24,000 nucleotides of DNA from an uncultured Candidatus Saccharibacteria bacterium (GCA_964476895.1 CAYZCS010000007.1:1-24000), one strand, 5' to 3'. Counted from the first letter of the stretch, positions 1 through 8,822 are shown. Notes: generated from the sequence alone by a model not told the origin. Numbers and translations are program-made.

Positions 1-1
1 T

Positions 2-472
2 CGCCATTTCGGAACGATCTCGTTCCTGAGCCTCTTCGCCATCCCGTTCTCGGTGGGGGCGCTGCGTAAACGTTCCGTGCGCGCCGGGCTGGGAACGGCG
101 TTTTGGGCCGGGCCGGTACGGTTGGCGCTTACCCAACACATCACCTGGTCGGTGAACTCGGTCTGCCATGTGTTCGGCAGCCGTCCGTTCGGAATCAACC
201 GGAAGACCGGGCGGAGCACCAACAACTGGGTGGTCGGCCTGCTGGCCTGGGGAGAGGGATGGCATCATAACCATCACCAGGATTCCCGGTCCGCTCGGCA
301 CGGCATATTTCCCGGTCAGTTCGACCTCTCGTGGCGCGTCATCAAGGCGTTCGAGAAACTCGGATTCGTCTGGGACGTACAGGAGCCAAGCCAGGGGCAA
401 ATCCGGCACTGGTTGGCTGAAGCTTCGGCCACCGAGGATGCCCGGCAGCTCTCCGGAACATCCGCCGCCTAG
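2..472 (+). CDS. Acyl-CoA (delta-9) fatty acid desaturase, C-terminal part; open reading frame continues off the window start
   Basis: Translation has NSVCHVFGSRPF...STNNWVVGLLAWGEGWHHNHH and FDLSWRVIKAFEKLGFVWDV, typical of membrane desaturase histidine boxes; no stop between 2 and 53. Confidence 0.85.
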   Translation, partial: RHFGTISFLSLFAIPFSVGALRKRSVRAGLGTAFWAGPVRLALTQHITWSVNSVCHVFGSRPFGINRKTGRSTNNWVVGLLAWGEGWHHNHHQDSRSARHGIFPGQFDLSWRVIKAFEKLGFVWDVQEPSQGQIRHWLAEASATEDARQLSGTSAA

Positions 473-484
473 TCGACCTGTCAT

Positions 485-540
485 AAGGCCCGGAAGGTGT
501 CTGCACATGCAGTCATACCTTCCGGGCCTTTATTCTTTTC
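485..540 (+). terminator. Intrinsic terminator after the desaturase gene
   Basis: Perfect 14-bp inverted repeat AAGGCCCGGAAGGT (485-498) / ACCTTCCGGGCCTT (517-530), then TATTCTTTTC. Confidence 0.85.
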
Positions 541-552
541 GAACGGTTCCGG

Positions 553-626
553 TGGGCAATGCTGGACTCGAACCAGCGACCTCCGCAATGTGAATGCGGC
601 GCTCTAGCCGACTGAGCTAATTGCCC
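553..626 (-). tRNA. tRNA-Val, anticodon CAC (CCA not encoded)
   Basis: Minus strand GGGCAATTAGCTCAGTCGGCTAGAGCGCCGCATTCACATTGCGGAGGTCGCTGGTTCGAGTCCAGCATTGCCCA: acceptor GGGCAAT/ATTGCCC, anticodon arm CCGCA-TTCACAT-TGCGG, T loop TTCGAGT. Confidence 0.95.
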
Positions 627-646
627 GAGGTGCGACGAACCTCATT

Positions 647-652
647 ATTATA
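647..652 (-). promoter_or_regulatory. -10 element (TATAAT) of the tRNA-Val promoter
   Basis: Perfect TATAAT on the minus strand about 20 nt upstream of the mature tRNA 5' end; -35 not clear. Confidence 0.5.
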
Positions 653-676
653 CCCGGCAGCTTCTTCGGGCCCAGG

Positions 677-1258
677 TCAATCGAGGAACGTGGCGTAGAA
701 CGTCTTGCCGGCCTCCGACAGCGTCAGCCGGATCGTGTCGGGATGGTGCCACCAGGAACGCCGGGCCCAACGGCTGTCCGTCGCCGGATAGGTCAGGAAC
801 GAGACCTGATCACCGAACGTATCCTCGAACGTCACCTTCACCCGGCGGGCGTGGTAGGGCGACGTGACCAGGATCGCGGAACGGATGTTCTGCGCTTCGA
901 ACGTCGGCTTCAGGAACTCGGCATTCTCTTTCGTCGTGCTCGACTGCTCCTCGATGATCGTCGCGGATCGGGGCACCCCGGATTCGATCGCCAGTTGCTG
1001 CATCACCCTGGCGTTCGAGGTCCCGCGGTCCGCCGCGGCGCCGGAGAAGATCAGTTGCGGCGCCAGTTCCCGGTGCCATAACGAGATACCGGTCTCCGCC
1101 CGCGACTCCGTTTCTCCGCCGGACACCACGACGATCGCGTCAGTCTTCCGCAGCTCGTCACGCGGCGCGATGAACCAGCCCAGCCCGATCGTCGCCAGCA
1201 TGACCGTGGCGACGAATACGACGAGTATCAACGTAATTCGGCGCAACCAGCGGTTCAT
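677..1258 (-). CDS. YdcF/SanA-like DUF218 family membrane-associated protein
   Basis: KTDAIVVVSGGETESRAETGISLWHR...SATIIEEQSSTTKENAEF...ILVTSPYHARR, with N-terminal TM helix. Confidence 0.8.
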   Translation of the reverse strand: MNRWLRRITLILVVFVATVMLATIGLGWFIAPRDELRKTDAIVVVSGGETESRAETGISLWHRELAPQLIFSGAAADRGTSNARVMQQLAIESGVPRSATIIEEQSSTTKENAEFLKPTFEAQNIRSAILVTSPYHARRVKVTFEDTFGDQVSFLTYPATDSRWARRSWWHHPDTIRLTLSEAGKTFYATFLD

Positions 1259-1653
1259 ATACGGAACGTCCAGAACTTGTTACCGGCGAAGTTCGAGAGC
1301 ACGACCAGGCCGTTGGCGATCACCTGCGCGGGAAATGCGTGCAGTCCGACGACCTCGACCAGGAGCACCAGTCCGGCCAGGTTGAGCGAGAGTCCGATCG
1401 TCTGGACCGTCGCGAACTTGGCGAGCTTCCGGACGCGGTGTACCCCTGCCCGGAACGTCCAGATCCGGTTCAGCGTGTAGCTGTTCAGCGTAGCGACGAC
1501 GAAGGCGATGATCGCCGCGACGATGTAGAAGACGCCGAACCAGAGCAGGGCACCGTACACCGCGAAGTTGATGGCGGTGGTCATCAGGCCGACCAGTACG
1601 AATTTCACGAACTGGCGGGCGTGTCGGTCCTGGGTCAGCATGGCGATGTTCAT
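1255..1653 (-). CDS. GtrA-like family membrane protein
   Basis: QFVKFVLVGLMTTAINFAVYGALLWFGVFYIVAAIIAFVVATLNSYTLNRIWTFR...NFAGNKFWTFR. Confidence 0.85.
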   Translation of the reverse strand: MNIAMLTQDRHARQFVKFVLVGLMTTAINFAVYGALLWFGVFYIVAAIIAFVVATLNSYTLNRIWTFRAGVHRVRKLAKFATVQTIGLSLNLAGLVLLVEVVGLHAFPAQVIANGLVVLSNFAGNKFWTFRI

Positions 1654-1655
1654 GG

Positions 1656-2165
1656 TTACGGCGCGGTTTCCGGCTCGAATTCGGCCGGCCGAACCTTTCC
1701 ATCATATCGCACGACGACCCGCTTCCGTTCGAACCGGAGCACCGCCTCGCGGGGAAGGATCAGCTCCCGCGCCGCGGGGCGCCATAGCGGCGGTACGATA
1801 TGTAATTTCACGAGGAAGTGCCCCTCGGTTTCGATCGTACATTCCTTGACCCGTCCCAGCCGCTTACCGGACTCTGAGACCGCGACAGTGCCGAGCAGCC
1901 GCATCGGTCGTTCGAGCAGCGGCTTGATCGCCGGCAGGTCGTCGGCGGCCTGTGCGACATCCGCACCACTGGCACCGACCGCGCCCTCAAGATACGAGGA
2001 AACGTCCACGGTCGAGAGCAGGTGCTTCGGCCGTTCCTTCAGACGGTATGCCACGATCTTGCCCCGTGCGGCATCGAAGACCGGCCCGTCGATCGTGCCG
2101 AGCGGCGTACCGTCCGGCATCGCGATGACCGGCCGTCCGATGATCTCGGTAAGCAGGAGCAGCAT
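1656..2165 (-). CDS. PRC-barrel domain-containing protein
   Basis: Two PRC-like halves: ITEIIGRPV-type start (LLLTEIIGRPVIAMPDGTPLGTIDGPVFDAARGKIVAYRL) and LLGTVAVSESGKRLGRVKECTIETEG; start taken at the internal ATG (2165). Confidence 0.6.
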   Translation of the reverse strand: MLLLLTEIIGRPVIAMPDGTPLGTIDGPVFDAARGKIVAYRLKERPKHLLSTVDVSSYLEGAVGASGADVAQAADDLPAIKPLLERPMRLLGTVAVSESGKRLGRVKECTIETEGHFLVKLHIVPPLWRPAARELILPREAVLRFERKRVVVRYDGKVRPAEFEPETAP

Positions 2166-2208
2166 GCCCTTATTGTATCGGTTACGGCAGCCGGGGCAGC
2201 CATCCGGA

Positions 2209-2943
2209 TCAGGATCCGGCCGGTGTCGCCAACCGGAGCAGTTGCTCCCGGTTTCCCTTGGTGCCCCTGACCGGAGACGGCATAGTCTCCTCGACCGTCC
2301 AGCCATGCTTCGACAACCACGCCGTCAGGTCTCCGAGTGCGGTCATGATCGTGTCCGGATTCCTGATCACGCCCTTGCCGCGGCTGGCCTCCGCACGGCC
2401 GACCTCGAATTGCGGTTTGAAAAGGGCGACTACCGGGCTTTCCGGCGGCAGCAGGGCGGCGGTGGCCGGCAGCACGTCGCGAAGGCCGATGAAACTGACG
2501 TCGATGACCGCCAGGTCCGCCGCCTCCGGCAGCTCCCGGAGATTCCGGATGTCGGTCTCTTCCAGCACGGTCACGCGGGGGTCTTTCCGGAGCTTCCAGT
2601 CGAGTTGCCCGGTACCCACATCCACGGCCACGACCTTCCGGGCGCCGCGCTCGAGTGCCAACTGGGTGAAACCGCCGGTCGAAGCACCGACATCGAGCAC
2701 GACGCGTCCTTCGATCCCGATCGGCCAAGCGTCCAGGGCGGCGGCCAACTTGCCGGCCGCACGGCTCACGTACGGACGTTTTTCGTCACTGGCCACGGGT
2801 GCCGTCTCGTCGACGGGCTGGCCGGGCTTATGGACCGGTGCATCACCGACCCTCACGGTACCGGCCATGATCAACGCCTGGGCCTTGGTGCGGCTGACGC
2901 CGAGCGCGTCCGCGACGTGTGCATCGGCTCGGCGCTTCTTCAT
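2209..2943 (-). CDS. tlyA: TlyA family RNA methyltransferase (S4 domain + SAM-dependent methylase)
   Basis: S4-like N-terminus (VADALGVSRTKAQALIMAGTVRVG), YVSRAAGKLAAALDAW, VVLDVGASTGGFTQLALERGARKVVAVDVG, VIDVSFIGLRDVLP, LFKPQFEVGR. Confidence 0.93.
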   Translation of the reverse strand: MKKRRADAHVADALGVSRTKAQALIMAGTVRVGDAPVHKPGQPVDETAPVASDEKRPYVSRAAGKLAAALDAWPIGIEGRVVLDVGASTGGFTQLALERGARKVVAVDVGTGQLDWKLRKDPRVTVLEETDIRNLRELPEAADLAVIDVSFIGLRDVLPATAALLPPESPVVALFKPQFEVGRAEASRGKGVIRNPDTIMTALGDLTAWLSKHGWTVEETMPSPVRGTKGNREQLLRLATPAGS

Positions 2944-4331
2944 CGGCGGGAAACGGGGACGGTATCGGACACGCCGGCCTTGAGTTTCTGGGTATCACCG
3001 CTTCCCAGTTCGACCGAGAACAGCGCCCGGCCACGGTCGTCATCCGCGATCACCAGGACGTGCCCGTAATCCCGATCCCATCCGGCGAGGACGGGGTTCT
3101 TGAGCGAGCCGAAGGTCTTCACCGTACCGTCCTTGAAAAGCGCGAGGGCCGGCTTGCTGCCCCGCACCAGCACCGTCGCGTCAGACTCCCGATTCAGGAG
3201 GTAGGAATGGGTCGGCTGTGTCTGGGTGAAGCTCTGTTCCTCATCGTTCTCCAGCGTCCGGATGACCAGCAGCGCGCCGCCGCGGTCCTGCGCGCGGAGG
3301 AAGTTCAGCCGGGAGCCGTCCAGGGAAAGGGAGGCGTCGTACTCGTTACGTGGCGTGTTCACGACGGCTTTCGTCCCGCCGGTGATCGCGTTGGCGACGT
3401 GGATGTCGTGATTACCTTCCGCGACCTCGATCTGGAAATAGAGCGTGACCCCATCCGGCGCCCAGACCAGCCCGCCGGGACCTTCCGGCGTCGCAACCCG
3501 CTGCACGTCGCCGCTCGTGGTGTCGGCGACGAAGATAGACCGCTCGGCCGGGATCGCCAGGCGTTTCCCGTCCGGCGACCAGGCCGCCGGCCAAGTACCG
3601 GGGAGGTTCGAGGCGATGGTCGCGACTTCCCGGGTCGCGATGTCCACGACCTTCAGCTTGGAGCGATTCCGCGTCTCATCGGAAGCGCCTTCCTCGTTGG
3701 AATAGAAGGCGATCTTCTGGGTGGCACTGGAGAACGCCACTCCGTAATCGTCGAAGACGGAACTGACGAGCTGGTCGTCCCGGTCACGTTCGACGGAACG
3801 GAGGTAGATCTGTCGCTTGCCGATGTCGCCCTTGGCGTACGCGACGGCGAACTCCCGGGTTTCCGGCGCCGGGGCGTCGGGAAGCGGTTCGAAGGACGGC
3901 AGCGGCTCGGGAGCCGGCGTAGCCGACGGCAGGGCGGTCGGGACCGACCGTAACGATTCGCTCTCCGCCGTCGCGGCGGGTGACGGGTACTGGATGGATT
4001 CCGGCGGCGCCAGCTGGGCGACCGGTCCGAGCCGGTTCCGAAGGTCGGTCCGGCCGGCCGGTGACGGCTCGGGAGTCTGCTCCCTGATCCGGACGGTGAG
4101 CACGCCGACGTCCACGTTGGCCGTGGCCAGCGGCCGGGCACGCTGTCCGAACCGTTCGTTCGAGAGGCCGCGCGGCGTCTCGGTGCTCTCCGGCGCAGGG
4201 GTCGGTGTCGGCACCGGTTCCGGCTGGCGGTCGCGCAGGTAGAGGATGCCGGCGATAATCGCCGCCAGCACCAAAGCGGCCAGTATCCCGTACGTGACTT
4301 TCTTCCAGCGCGGTAATTCTCTGTGTGTCAT
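2940..4331 (-). CDS. Membrane-anchored TolB/WD40-like (PD40) beta-propeller protein
   Basis: N-terminal TM, Pro-rich linker, then blades such as LPGTWPAAWSPDGKRLAIP and ATPEGPGGLVWAPDGVTLYFQI. Overlaps the tlyA start by 4 nt. Confidence 0.75.
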   Translation of the reverse strand: MTHRELPRWKKVTYGILAALVLAAIIAGILYLRDRQPEPVPTPTPAPESTETPRGLSNERFGQRARPLATANVDVGVLTVRIREQTPEPSPAGRTDLRNRLGPVAQLAPPESIQYPSPAATAESESLRSVPTALPSATPAPEPLPSFEPLPDAPAPETREFAVAYAKGDIGKRQIYLRSVERDRDDQLVSSVFDDYGVAFSSATQKIAFYSNEEGASDETRNRSKLKVVDIATREVATIASNLPGTWPAAWSPDGKRLAIPAERSIFVADTTSGDVQRVATPEGPGGLVWAPDGVTLYFQIEVAEGNHDIHVANAITGGTKAVVNTPRNEYDASLSLDGSRLNFLRAQDRGGALLVIRTLENDEEQSFTQTQPTHSYLLNRESDATVLVRGSKPALALFKDGTVKTFGSLKNPVLAGWDRDYGHVLVIADDDRGRALFSVELGSGDTQKLKAGVSDTVPVSRR

Positions 4332-4396
4332 ATGCCCCTCGCAGGTTCATTCTACGCGGGAGCGGCCCGGACTACACGCGTTGGCAGCCGGTCCCG

Positions 4397-4954
4397 TTAC
4401 GCGCGTTCGACGTAGGTGCCGGTGCGGGTGTCGACGCGGATCCGGTCGCCCGGCTGTACGAAGAGCGGGACGTTCACGACGGCGCCGGTCTCGAGCGTCG
4501 CCGGCTTCGAGCCGCCGCTGGCCGTGTCGCCCTTCAGGCCCGGATCGGTTTCCGTTACCGTGAACGCCGCCTTGATCGGCAGCTCCACGCCGATCACCGA
4601 ATCGCCGTGGACGAGCAGTTCCGTATCCATGCCCTCGGTGAGGAACTCGGCCTGCTTGCCGAGCGTCTCGGCCGGCACGGCGTGTTGCTCGTAAGAGCCG
4701 GTATCCATGAAGGTCAGCGTGTCGCCCTGGCGGAAGAGGAACTGTCCGGCCCGGGTGGAGAGTGCGGCCGGCTTCACCTTTTCGCTTCCTTGGAACGTCT
4801 TCTGGAGCGTCGCGCCGGTCTTCAGGTTCTTGAGCTTGGTCCGGACGATCGCCCCGCCACGTCCCATCTTGGAATGCTGGTATGACAGCACCACGTACGG
4901 CTCGCCGTCGAGTTCGATCTTGGTATTCGTCTTAAGATCGGTGATTCCGAGCAT
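4397..4954 (-). CDS. efp: Elongation factor P
   Basis: MLGITDLKTNTKIELDGEPYVVLSYQHSKMGRGGAIVRTKLKNLKTG...; start ATG overlaps the rpsR stop (TGATG). Confidence 0.95.
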   Translation of the reverse strand: MLGITDLKTNTKIELDGEPYVVLSYQHSKMGRGGAIVRTKLKNLKTGATLQKTFQGSEKVKPAALSTRAGQFLFRQGDTLTFMDTGSYEQHAVPAETLGKQAEFLTEGMDTELLVHGDSVIGVELPIKAAFTVTETDPGLKGDTASGGSKPATLETGAVVNVPLFVQPGDRIRVDTRTGTYVERA

Positions 4955-5175
4955 CAGCGCGAGGTATACGGCATCAGCGCGGCCAGGCGTGAGCGCTTGA
5001 TCGCCCGCGCGACCATGCGCTGGTGCTTGGCGCAGTTGCCGGAGCGCCGTCGGGAATCGATCTTCCCGTACGGACTCACGAACCGCGACAGCAGCCGGAC
5101 GTCCTTGTAGTCGATGACGTCCAGTCCCTTGCTGCAAAACAAGCAGCGCTTATGCTTTGGTCGTTCGGCCGCCAT
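4954..5175 (-). CDS. rpsR: 30S ribosomal protein S18
   Basis: KRCLFCSKGLDVIDYKDVRLLSRFVSPYGKIDSRRRSGNCAKHQRMVARAIKRSRLAALMPYT. Confidence 0.97.
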   Translation of the reverse strand: MAAERPKHKRCLFCSKGLDVIDYKDVRLLSRFVSPYGKIDSRRRSGNCAKHQRMVARAIKRSRLAALMPYTSR

Positions 5176-5696
5176 TAGAAGGGAATGTCATCCAGCGACG
5201 GGTCTTCGCCCGATTCGCCCTTATCTTTCTTCTCTCCCTGCTTGCCGCCGTCCTTGCCAGAATCACCCGCCTGCGATGCCTCGGCCTCGGTCGGCTGGGC
5301 CGGGGCTTGGCTGGCCGCCGCGCCGCCTGCCGCCGCGCCACCGCCTTGGCCACCCTGTCCACCGCGCGAATCCAACAGGATCATGTCATCGGCGACGATC
5401 TGCGTCTTCGAACGCTTCGACCCATCCTGGGCTTCCCAGGTGTCCGTCTGTAGCCGTCCCTCGAAGTAGGCGCGCCGGCCCTTGGCGAGGTACTGGTTGC
5501 AGATCTCGGCGAGCTTGCCCCAGACGACGACGTTGTGGAACTCCACCGCTTCTTGCGTCTCACCCTGTTGGTTCTTCCATTGGCGGTTGGTCGCGACGCC
5601 GAAGTTCGCCACCTGCTGCCCGTTCGGGGTGCTGCGCAGCTCGGGGTCCCGTGTCAGGTTCCCGATGATCATCGCCTTGTTGAGATCTTTGGCCAT
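5175..5696 (-). CDS. ssb: Single-stranded DNA-binding protein
   Basis: LNKAMIIGNLTRDPELRSTPNGQQVANFGVATNR...EFHNVVVWGKLAEIC; acidic C-tail DPSLDDIPF. Confidence 0.97.
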   Translation of the reverse strand: MAKDLNKAMIIGNLTRDPELRSTPNGQQVANFGVATNRQWKNQQGETQEAVEFHNVVVWGKLAEICNQYLAKGRRAYFEGRLQTDTWEAQDGSKRSKTQIVADDMILLDSRGGQGGQGGGAAAGGAAASQAPAQPTEAEASQAGDSGKDGGKQGEKKDKGESGEDPSLDDIPF

Positions 5697-5711
5697 GGTG
5701 CCTCCGATTAA

Positions 5712-6248
5712 TTAATCCTTTTGATCCTTGAGTTGCGCTTCGAGCGCGGCTTCAAGTTCCTGCTTGGTCGCCGCTTTCTTGGCAGGCTTTCGCTCCGTGG
5801 TTTCTGCATCCTTGCCTGTGTCGGCAGGGGCGTCCTGCTTCGCGGCCGGTTTCGCCGAAGACTTGGCGGTCTTCCGCATCTCTTCAGGCACTTTCACCTT
5901 GGCGGCCTCCTTGCTTTCCTCGACGGCCGTCGTCACCTGGGTGATTTGTCCCGGCTCGGGGACCTCTTCGGCGACCAGGAGCACGGTGCGGACGATCTCG
6001 TCCATCACGTTCAGTCGCCGGGTGAGTTCGTTCACCTGGTCGGCCGGGAGTTCGCAGTGGAGGAGCGTGTACCAACCGTGATCCTGCTTGGCGATGTCGT
6101 AGGCGAGCTTGCGGCGGCCGAGCGCGTTTTGCTCTTTGGCCTTGCCGCCGAGTTCGAGCAGCATGGCGCCGACCGCATCGGCGACCTTGGCGGCCTCCTG
6201 TTCGGTCTTATCACCGGCGACAATGAAGAGTAGTTCGTACGTTCTCAT
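5712..6248 (-). CDS. rpsF: 30S ribosomal protein S6 with long charged C-terminal extension
   Basis: MRTYELLFIVAGDKTEQEAAKVADAVGAMLLELGGK...LGRRKLAYDIAKQDHGWYTLLHCELPADQVNELTRRLNVMDEIVRTVLLV. Confidence 0.95.
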   Translation of the reverse strand: MRTYELLFIVAGDKTEQEAAKVADAVGAMLLELGGKAKEQNALGRRKLAYDIAKQDHGWYTLLHCELPADQVNELTRRLNVMDEIVRTVLLVAEEVPEPGQITQVTTAVEESKEAAKVKVPEEMRKTAKSSAKPAAKQDAPADTGKDAETTERKPAKKAATKQELEAALEAQLKDQKD

Positions 6249-6345
6249 GCTTCTCGTGGACTATCGTCCCGGTTGCCCGGGAGAAAAGCTCGTAGCTCTG
6301 AGTCTACGGTCGCGCTACCGGAGCGTCAAGGAGCGAAGCATGATT

Positions 6346-6374
6346 ATGGTAGCTTGCTAAGTAGCGTTTGTCAA
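6346..6374 (-). promoter_or_regulatory. sigma70-type promoter of the rpsF-ssb-rpsR-efp operon
   Basis: Minus strand TTGACA (6374-6369), 17-nt spacer, TACCAT (6351-6346). Confidence 0.7.
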
Positions 6375-6397
6375 ACCCAGCCCGCTCTGCGAAGATA

Positions 6398-7642
6398 ATG
6401 GGCTCCTCGAAGAACCTCCTCATGACTTCCCTCATGGATTCCGAACGCGAGAACGGGTCGAGGCCATTGACGCCCGACCGGCTTCAAGAAGTGGCGGGCG
6501 GGCTGGTGGAACACGAGACGATGGAGCGGGTGCTGGCCGACACGCATTGGGACTACCAACGTCGGGATACGAGCGCCGGAACCGCATACGTGTTCGCCCG
6601 TCCGGTCTCGTTGCTCGAATCGATGCGGATCAACCCGGCGGATTACCAGAACCATCGTCACACACTGGGAATCAGCGAAACGGACGGGGAAATGCGCCTG
6701 ACCTACCTGGTGCTGCGTGACGTGCATTCGAATGAACTCGGCATGCTTCCGAGGATCGAGTCCGCGTTGCGTGGTCGCGGTCGGATCACCCGTCGTGACT
6801 TCTCGGACGACGAGCTGGCGTTCGTCGACCGCATCTGGCTGCCGAGCGCCGAGATCGGCGAAGCCCTGGGAATCAGCACCGGTCACGCAGAGGCGAAGGT
6901 CACGGACATCCTCCGCCCGCGCCGCTTGGCCAACCGAACGGAGCTGCTGACCCTCGGGCTCAAGGAGGGATTCCTGAACCCCGATCTGGAAGCATGGCGC
7001 CGTCCGGTCGGGCTGTCGCCCTTGCAAGCTTCCGTGCTGCGCCGATCACACCTTGAGATAGCGCCCATGGCCCATGAGCTAGGAATAAAGACCAAGTCCG
7101 CCAGTAACGCTCTTGCCCAGTGTTATCGGAAGACCGGGGCCCGGATTCGCAGAGAGCTGATCCTGATCGGGTTGGCCAACGGTCAGTGCTGCTTGGATGA
7201 ACTGCCGACACCGGAAATGGAACCCAAGCTCACCTCCTTAAGACAGGAGATGCTGGCTCTGGTCGACCGATCGTACGAAGCCATTGCGGAGCAGAGCGGA
7301 GATAGCAAGAGTACGATCTCGAACCGGTATGTGCGCCTGTATGAAACGCTCGGACTCTCGAACATGAACGAGCTGGTGGCGTACGCGTTCCGGGAAGGGC
7401 ACATCGACAACCGGATCGATGCCCGTTTGGCGGACGTGTTCTCGCGGCGGCAACGGCAAGTCGTCGAGCGTCTCATGGACGATAATGACGAAATCGCCGC
7501 GTCGCTCGACATCAGTAAGTCCGTGGTCGTGCATCACCTTGTCGAAGCTAAGCGCCGCGCTGAGGTCGATTCGCGGTCCGGGCTCGTTGCGTACGGGCTC
7601 CGGGCGGGACTGATCGATCCGGAAACGGCCAGGCGTGGCTAG
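6398..7642 (+). CDS. Large predicted DNA-binding protein with about four tandem LuxR/sigma4-like HTH units
   Basis: Repeated pattern (L/F)S..q..vl......eIA..lgis...v......r......R.eLv..gl..G.id seen four times in the C-terminal two thirds. Track ORF begins at 6368 (TTG); ATG 6398 is the more likely start. Confidence 0.65.
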   Translation: MGSSKNLLMTSLMDSERENGSRPLTPDRLQEVAGGLVEHETMERVLADTHWDYQRRDTSAGTAYVFARPVSLLESMRINPADYQNHRHTLGISETDGEMRLTYLVLRDVHSNELGMLPRIESALRGRGRITRRDFSDDELAFVDRIWLPSAEIGEALGISTGHAEAKVTDILRPRRLANRTELLTLGLKEGFLNPDLEAWRRPVGLSPLQASVLRRSHLEIAPMAHELGIKTKSASNALAQCYRKTGARIRRELILIGLANGQCCLDELPTPEMEPKLTSLRQEMLALVDRSYEAIAEQSGDSKSTISNRYVRLYETLGLSNMNELVAYAFREGHIDNRIDARLADVFSRRQRQVVERLMDDNDEIAASLDISKSVVVHHLVEAKRRAEVDSRSGLVAYGLRAGLIDPETARRG

Positions 7643-8748
7643 GCCCCGTGCCGGACGTGGATGACGTCGCCGTCCTGCACGATATAGTGCTTGCCTTCGG
7701 CGCGGAGCTTGCCGGTATCGCGCGCGGCTGATTCGCTCCCGGCGGCGATGAAGTCGTCGTAGGCGATGACCTCGGCACGGATGAACTTGGCCTCGAAGTC
7801 ACCGTGGATGGTGCCGGCGGCCCGCGGGGCGCTGCTGCCGCGGCGGACCGGCCAGGCGCGGACCTCCTTCGGTCCGGCGGTGTAGAAGGTAATCAGGTCG
7901 AGCAGGTCATAGCCGGCGCGGATGAAGCGGTTCAGGTTCGGCTCCGCGATCCCGACCGATTCCAAGAACTCCCCACGTTCTTCCGGCGGGAGCGAACCGA
8001 TCTCCGCCTCGATCTTCGCGGACACCGCGACGATGCCGAATCCCTGCTCCTCGGCCCAGCGCTCGGCCTCCTGGTAGAAGGAGCTGGTCCCCGGCTTGGC
8101 CACGTCGTGTTCCCCGACGTTCGCCACCACCAGCATCGGCTTGGCGGTGATGAAGGGGAGCGGGCCACCCTTTGCCAACGTCTTCCGTTCGTCGCCGTCG
8201 AAGGTCACGCTGTGCGCCGGTTTCTCGGCGTCGAACGCCGCACCGATCCGCTTGAGCAGCTTCAAGCGCTCGGCGGTATCGGGATTGCCCTTGGCCTCCT
8301 TCTCCAGCGGCCCGATCAGCTTCTCGTACGTCTGCTGGTCGGCGAGGATCAGCTCGAGCAGGACGGTGCGCAGGTCGTCCACCGGACCGAGCCGTCCCGC
8401 CACGTGGGTGACCTGCGGGTCCTCGAAGCAGCGGGCCACCAGCGCGATCGCGCTGGTCTCGCGGATGTGGGCCAGGAACTTGTTGCCGAGGCCCTCGCCC
8501 TTGCTCGCACCGCCGACCAGTCCCGCGATGTCGGTGAACGTCACGGTGGCCGGAACGACCTTTTCCGGCTCCACCAGTTCGGCAAGCTTCGCGAGCCGCG
8601 GATCGGGGACGTCAACCACACCCTCGTTCGGCTCGATCGTGGTGAACGGCCGGTTGGCGCTCTCGGCCTGTGCCCGTTCGAGCAGGGCGTTAAAGAGCGT
8701 GGACTTGCCGACGTTCGGAAGCCCGACGATACCGATGGAGAGGGACAT
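7639..8748 (-). CDS. ychF: Redox-regulated ATPase YchF (Obg family GTPase-like)
   Basis: MSLSIGIVGLPNVGKSTLFNALLE...NRPFTTIEPNEGVVDVPDPRL...FTDIAGLVGGASKGEGLGNKFLAHIRE; TGS domain ending GKHYIVQDGDVIHVRHGA. Confidence 0.97.
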   Translation of the reverse strand: MSLSIGIVGLPNVGKSTLFNALLERAQAESANRPFTTIEPNEGVVDVPDPRLAKLAELVEPEKVVPATVTFTDIAGLVGGASKGEGLGNKFLAHIRETSAIALVARCFEDPQVTHVAGRLGPVDDLRTVLLELILADQQTYEKLIGPLEKEAKGNPDTAERLKLLKRIGAAFDAEKPAHSVTFDGDERKTLAKGGPLPFITAKPMLVVANVGEHDVAKPGTSSFYQEAERWAEEQGFGIVAVSAKIEAEIGSLPPEERGEFLESVGIAEPNLNRFIRAGYDLLDLITFYTAGPKEVRAWPVRRGSSAPRAAGTIHGDFEAKFIRAEVIAYDDFIAAGSESAARDTGKLRAEGKHYIVQDGDVIHVRHGA

Positions 8749-8768
8749 GCATTCAGTGTACGTGATGG

Positions 8769-8798
8769 TTGACTTTTCGCATGGTTAATAGGAATATA
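8769..8798 (+). promoter_or_regulatory. Possible promoter upstream of the SPFH gene
   Basis: TTGACT (8769-8774) with a weak AT-rich -10 (GAATAT/AATATA) at 17-18 nt spacing. Confidence 0.35.
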
Positions 8799-8822
8799 CC
8801 TAGTCGCACTTTTCCATACAGG

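Noticed and set aside
1339-3069. Long 576-aa plus-strand ORF
   Set aside because: Antisense to GtrA, PRC-barrel and TlyA genes on the minus strand; composition is typical of spurious frames in GC-rich DNA.
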